Shown piece after piece: positions 60,887 through 64,000 of a stretch of 64,000 nt of DNA (position 1 is the first letter of the stretch; each line of letters opens with the position of its first letter). Made by a program: the position numbers and the translations under genes. The notes under the pieces are model-generated. The model was given only the letters and a program-made list of their open reading frames with translations. It did not search any database and was not told the origin of the DNA. Source of the stretch: Thermoanaerobaculia bacterium (GTDB lineage Bacteria > Acidobacteriota > Thermoanaerobaculia > UBA5066); the NCBI GenBank assembly GCA_022071945.1, contig JAJVIN010000019.1:15637-79636 (forward strand), read 5' to 3'.

Positions 60887-61654
60887 TCAGCTCGCCGTCT
60901 TCCCGCCCGTGGCCCGCCGCTCTTGCCGGAAAGTCCGGGCCACGAGGAGCCTGACGCGGAGAAGGTCGGCGTAGGCCTGCAGTCCCCCGAGCAGGCTCAC
61001 CCGGGTCTCTATCGAGTTGAACCACAGGACGGGGATCTCGGCGATCTCGTAGCCCAGGCGGCGGGCGACGAGCAAGGCTTCCACGTCGTAGGCGAAGCGG
61101 TCGATCTTCGTTCTCCGGAAGATCTCGTGCCCCGCCTCCCGCGTGAAGAGCTTGAACCCGCACTGGGTGTCGCGGATGCCGGGGATCGCGAGAACTTGGA
61201 CCAGCCGGTTGAAGAGCTTCCCCATGGCTCTCCTGAACAGAGGCTGTTTCTTCCTCACGAGGGATTCGTCGATGGCTCGGGAGCCGATGGCGACGGGGGC
61301 ATCTGCGGCCGCGAGCCGTTCCCACTCCTCGACCGGGGTGGAGAAGTCGGCATCGGAGACGAGGATGAGGGTTCCCGTGGCGGCGAGGACGCCGGTGCGC
61401 ACCGCCGCCCCCTTTCCGCTGTTTTGTTCCAGCCGCAGCGTGCGCAGCGGCAGCCCGAGCGCGCGGCCGCGCTCCTCCGCCACATCCCCGGTCCGGTCCT
61501 CCGAGCCGTCGTCGACGACGAGGACCTCGACGATGCGGGCGGACCCGCCGGCGGCGGCGTAGCGGGCCAGCTTCTCGAGAGACACGGGGAGACGGGCCTC
61601 CTCGTTGAAGGCGGGAATGACGATGGAGAGTGTCGGCGCGGGACGGGCGGTCAT
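60887..61654 (-). CDS. GT2 glycosyltransferase (polyprenyl-phosphate glucosyltransferase-like)
   Basis: SIVIPAFNE, VVDDGSED, GKGAAV, SDADFSTP, IRDTQCGFK. Confidence 0.9.
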   Translation of the reverse strand: MTARPAPTLSIVIPAFNEEARLPVSLEKLARYAAAGGSARIVEVLVVDDGSEDRTGDVAEERGRALGLPLRTLRLEQNSGKGAAVRTGVLAATGTLILVSDADFSTPVEEWERLAAADAPVAIGSRAIDESLVRKKQPLFRRAMGKLFNRLVQVLAIPGIRDTQCGFKLFTREAGHEIFRRTKIDRFAYDVEALLVARRLGYEIAEIPVLWFNSIETRVSLLGGLQAYADLLRVRLLVARTFRQERRATGGKTAS

Positions 61655-62364
61655 CCCGCCTCGGTGCCCGGGGGAGCCATCGGCTCCGGGTGCAGCGGCG
61701 CGACGGATGTCCGGGAGAGCAGATCGGCCAGGGTGCGTCCCTCCTTGTCGAACGCGGCCACGAGCATCGGGACGCCTCCGAGGGCGAGGGTGAGAAGGAA
61801 TCCGGTGAACCGGAGAAAGGCGGCCCCCAGGGTCGGCGACCCTCCGTCGGGCGCCTGGATCCTCAGGTCGACGAGCGCCAGGCCCGGGGTCGTCCCCCAG
61901 ACGAAGGGGACGAGGACGAGGAGGATCAGGGAAGCCAGGACGAGGAAGCCGGCGACACCCATGAAGGCTCCGGGAGGAAACCTCAGCTCGAGAAGGACGG
62001 CTCCTGCGGCCAGCTGGACCGTCCCGAGGAGGACGAGTATGAGGATGTCGGCGAGACCCCCGACGATCCGGCGGGTGAAGACGAGGCGGCTCGTGCCCGG
62101 CATCTCGTCCCCGACCTCGACCGCCTCCTCGAGAGCGTCCTCGATGCCCTCGGGACCGGCGGGTCTTTCGGGGAGGACGGCGGGAAGGGCCTCATCCTTC
62201 CGCGGGGCCTTCTTGTGGGGGCGAACGAACTTCTTGCCGGTTTCGGACGCTTCATCGGGCAGCGGGAAGAGCTCGAGATTGCCCGGGGCCGAAGCCGGCT
62301 TCTTCGGCCCCTCTTCCGTTCCGATCGGATGCTCCGCCAGAGCGTCCTTGGAGTCGTCCGTCAT
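61651..62364 (-). CDS. RDD family membrane protein
   Basis: RRIVGGLAD, WGTTPG..DLRI, FLRF, RTLADLLSRT. Confidence 0.8.
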   Translation of the reverse strand: MTDDSKDALAEHPIGTEEGPKKPASAPGNLELFPLPDEASETGKKFVRPHKKAPRKDEALPAVLPERPAGPEGIEDALEEAVEVGDEMPGTSRLVFTRRIVGGLADILILVLLGTVQLAAGAVLLELRFPPGAFMGVAGFLVLASLILLVLVPFVWGTTPGLALVDLRIQAPDGGSPTLGAAFLRFTGFLLTLALGGVPMLVAAFDKEGRTLADLLSRTSVAPLHPEPMAPPGTEAG

Positions 62365-62389
62365 CGCAGGCCGCCAGAGTGCATGTCCG

Positions 62390-64000
62390 CTAGAGCCGCG
62401 GCGAGGCGTGCTTGACGTAGATCCGGGAAAGGAGATCCTCGGGACCGTTCTGGTACTTCTTCGTGAACCGCAGGTGCCTCTGCGCTTCCTGGTCCGAGGG
62501 GCGGAGCTTGGTGGCGTCCACGAATGACTCGGACGCATCCTTGAAGCTCCCGGCCTGCATCTTCTGGACGCCGTCGTTGAAGAACGAACGGAACAAGTAC
62601 TCCTCCGCGTCCTGGTTCTTCTTGTCCTTGGTGTAGATCGGGTAGAGGAGCTTGACGGCAGTGGAGTAGTCCTGGTCGTTGTAGGCCTTCAGGGCTGCCC
62701 CGAGCGCCGAGATCTCCTCGCGAGCCTTGGCCAGGGCGAGGGCGGCTTCCGAGTCATCCGGGCGCGCCTTGACGACCAGATCGAGGGCCCGGACCGCATC
62801 GATGTAACGGCTCGACTTGATGGAGGCGAGACCCTGCGCCTTGAGCTGATTGACGTCGATCGAGGTGTCGGCGGCGGCGGGCGTCGGGATCGCCGTCGTC
62901 TTGAACCGGTCGATCATCGCGAGGGCCTCGGCGTGCCGCGGATCGCTGTCCGGAATCCCGACCAAGATTTGGAGGGCATCGTCGACACGCCCCTGGTCGA
63001 AGAGACTCTGTGCCTTGCCGACCAAGTCCTCACCCACGGGCTTGTCCGGACCCTTCTTCGTCTCGACGGGCGGCGGCGGGGCGGGCGCGGGTTTCGTGCC
63101 GAAGGCAAAGTAGAGACCGCCCGCGATGGCGAGCAGGGCGATGACCCCGACGCCGATGAGGATCTTCGGGTCGAACTTGGACTTGGCGGCCGGGGCAGCC
63201 CTCTCCGGAGCCTCGGCCTCGAGGCCGAGATCCTCGGCGGGCGGAACGAATAGCGGTTCGGGTTCCTCGTAAGAGGGTTCAGCGGCGCCGTACATGCTCG
63301 CCTGAGAAGCGGCGGCCCCCGCCGGACTGGCCGCGAGTGCCGCATCGATCTGCGCGAGGTAGCTCCGGGCCGTCGAGTCGTTCTCGGAGATCGTGAGGAC
63401 CTCGAGGAACTTGCTGCGGGCGTTGACCAGGTCGCCCCGGTCGAAGAACTGCATCCCCTCGGAGACCAGCATGTCGACCTGCTGCGCGCTCTGGGCCTGC
63501 CGTTCCCGGGCCTGATCGATCCGGCGAGATGCCTCCTCGTTGGAGAGATCGATCAGGAACACGCGGGACCAGAGGTCGATGGCTTCCTGGACGTTTCCGC
63601 GAGCCATGGCGTCGTCGCCCTGGCGCAGGAACTGGAGGATCCGGGGATCGGCTCCCGAGGGGCCCGCGGGCGGGACGAGGGGAGCGGGCGCGGCCCCCGG
63701 GGCCGGCGCGGCGCCAAAGGCGGCGAAGGGATCCGCGGGAGCCTGAGCCTGGGGCCCGAAGGCGCCGAAGGCGTCTGCCGGTGGGGCGGACGGGGCTCCG
63801 AACGCCGCGAAGGGATCCGCGGCCGGTGCCGGCGAGGAGGCGCCAAAGGCGGCGAAGGGGTCCGCGGCCGGTGCCGGCGAGGAGGCGCCAAAGGCGGCGA
63901 AGGGGTCCGCGGGCGGGGCGGCGGAAGGCTGGGCGAACGGGTCCGGCGCCGGAGCCGGGCCGAAGGGGGAGGCTGGGGCCTCAGGGAACGAGGGTGCGGG
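62390..64000 (-). CDS. TPR-containing membrane protein, 5' end beyond the window edge
   Basis: Frame is open from 64000 to the stop at 62390; Pro/Ala repeats, then TPR-like helices, TM and a C-terminal TPR region. Confidence 0.8.
   Translation of the reverse strand, partial: PAPSFPEAPASPFGPAPAPDPFAQPSAAPPADPFAAFGASSPAPAADPFAAFGASSPAPAADPFAAFGAPSAPPADAFGAFGPQAQAPADPFAAFGAAPAPGAAPAPLVPPAGPSGADPRILQFLRQGDDAMARGNVQEAIDLWSRVFLIDLSNEEASRRIDQARERQAQSAQQVDMLVSEGMQFFDRGDLVNARSKFLEVLTISENDSTARSYLAQIDAALAASPAGAAASQASMYGAAEPSYEEPEPLFVPPAEDLGLEAEAPERAAPAAKSKFDPKILIGVGVIALLAIAGGLYFAFGTKPAPAPPPPVETKKGPDKPVGEDLVGKAQSLFDQGRVDDALQILVGIPDSDPRHAEALAMIDRFKTTAIPTPAAADTSIDVNQLKAQGLASIKSSRYIDAVRALDLVVKARPDDSEAALALAKAREEISALGAALKAYNDQDYSTAVKLLYPIYTKDKKNQDAEEYLFRSFFNDGVQKMQAGSFKDASESFVDATKLRPSDQEAQRHLRFTKKYQNGPEDLLSRIYVKHASPRL
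63705..63915 (-). repeat. Coding repeats (DPFAAFG units with about 42-45 bp period)
   Basis: ADPFAAFGASSPAPA x2, ADPFAAFGAPSAPP, ADAFGAFG, ADPFAAFG. Confidence 0.8.

Overview
High-GC bacterial chromosome segment. The gene content suggests Acidobacteriota (Thermoanaerobaculia-like), but this is an inference. The first ~20 kb is an accessory/defence region. It holds an AAA_14/DUF4143 ATPase with a palindromic operator, a decayed ABC-ATPase/DUF4276 module, and a small HTH gene coupled to a complete type I-G (Csx17 variant) CRISPR-Cas operon (cas3, csx17/cas8g, csb1/cas7, csb2, cas4-cas1, cas2). The operon is followed by a leader and an array of 49 identical 36-bp repeats plus one degenerate terminal repeat. 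A 52-bp inverted repeat pair brackets the region from the decayed module to the array. An orphan exbD, a mazF remnant and a coupled pair of RlaP/YcgL-type nucleotidyltransferases follow. The rest is mostly core genome (fabH, gltA, lepB, queF, gatB, ftsEX, ruvC, yebC, mtaB, btuFCD-like, accD, folC, dgt, rpiB, glyA) plus signalling proteins. The most notable unexplained elements are a ~290-nt structured non-coding unit with promoter and terminator downstream of queF, the tandem nucleotidyltransferase pair, an ACT/ferredoxin-like insertion in the Cas3 HD domain, and several unusual domain fusions. All family calls come from motifs read by eye, not database searches.
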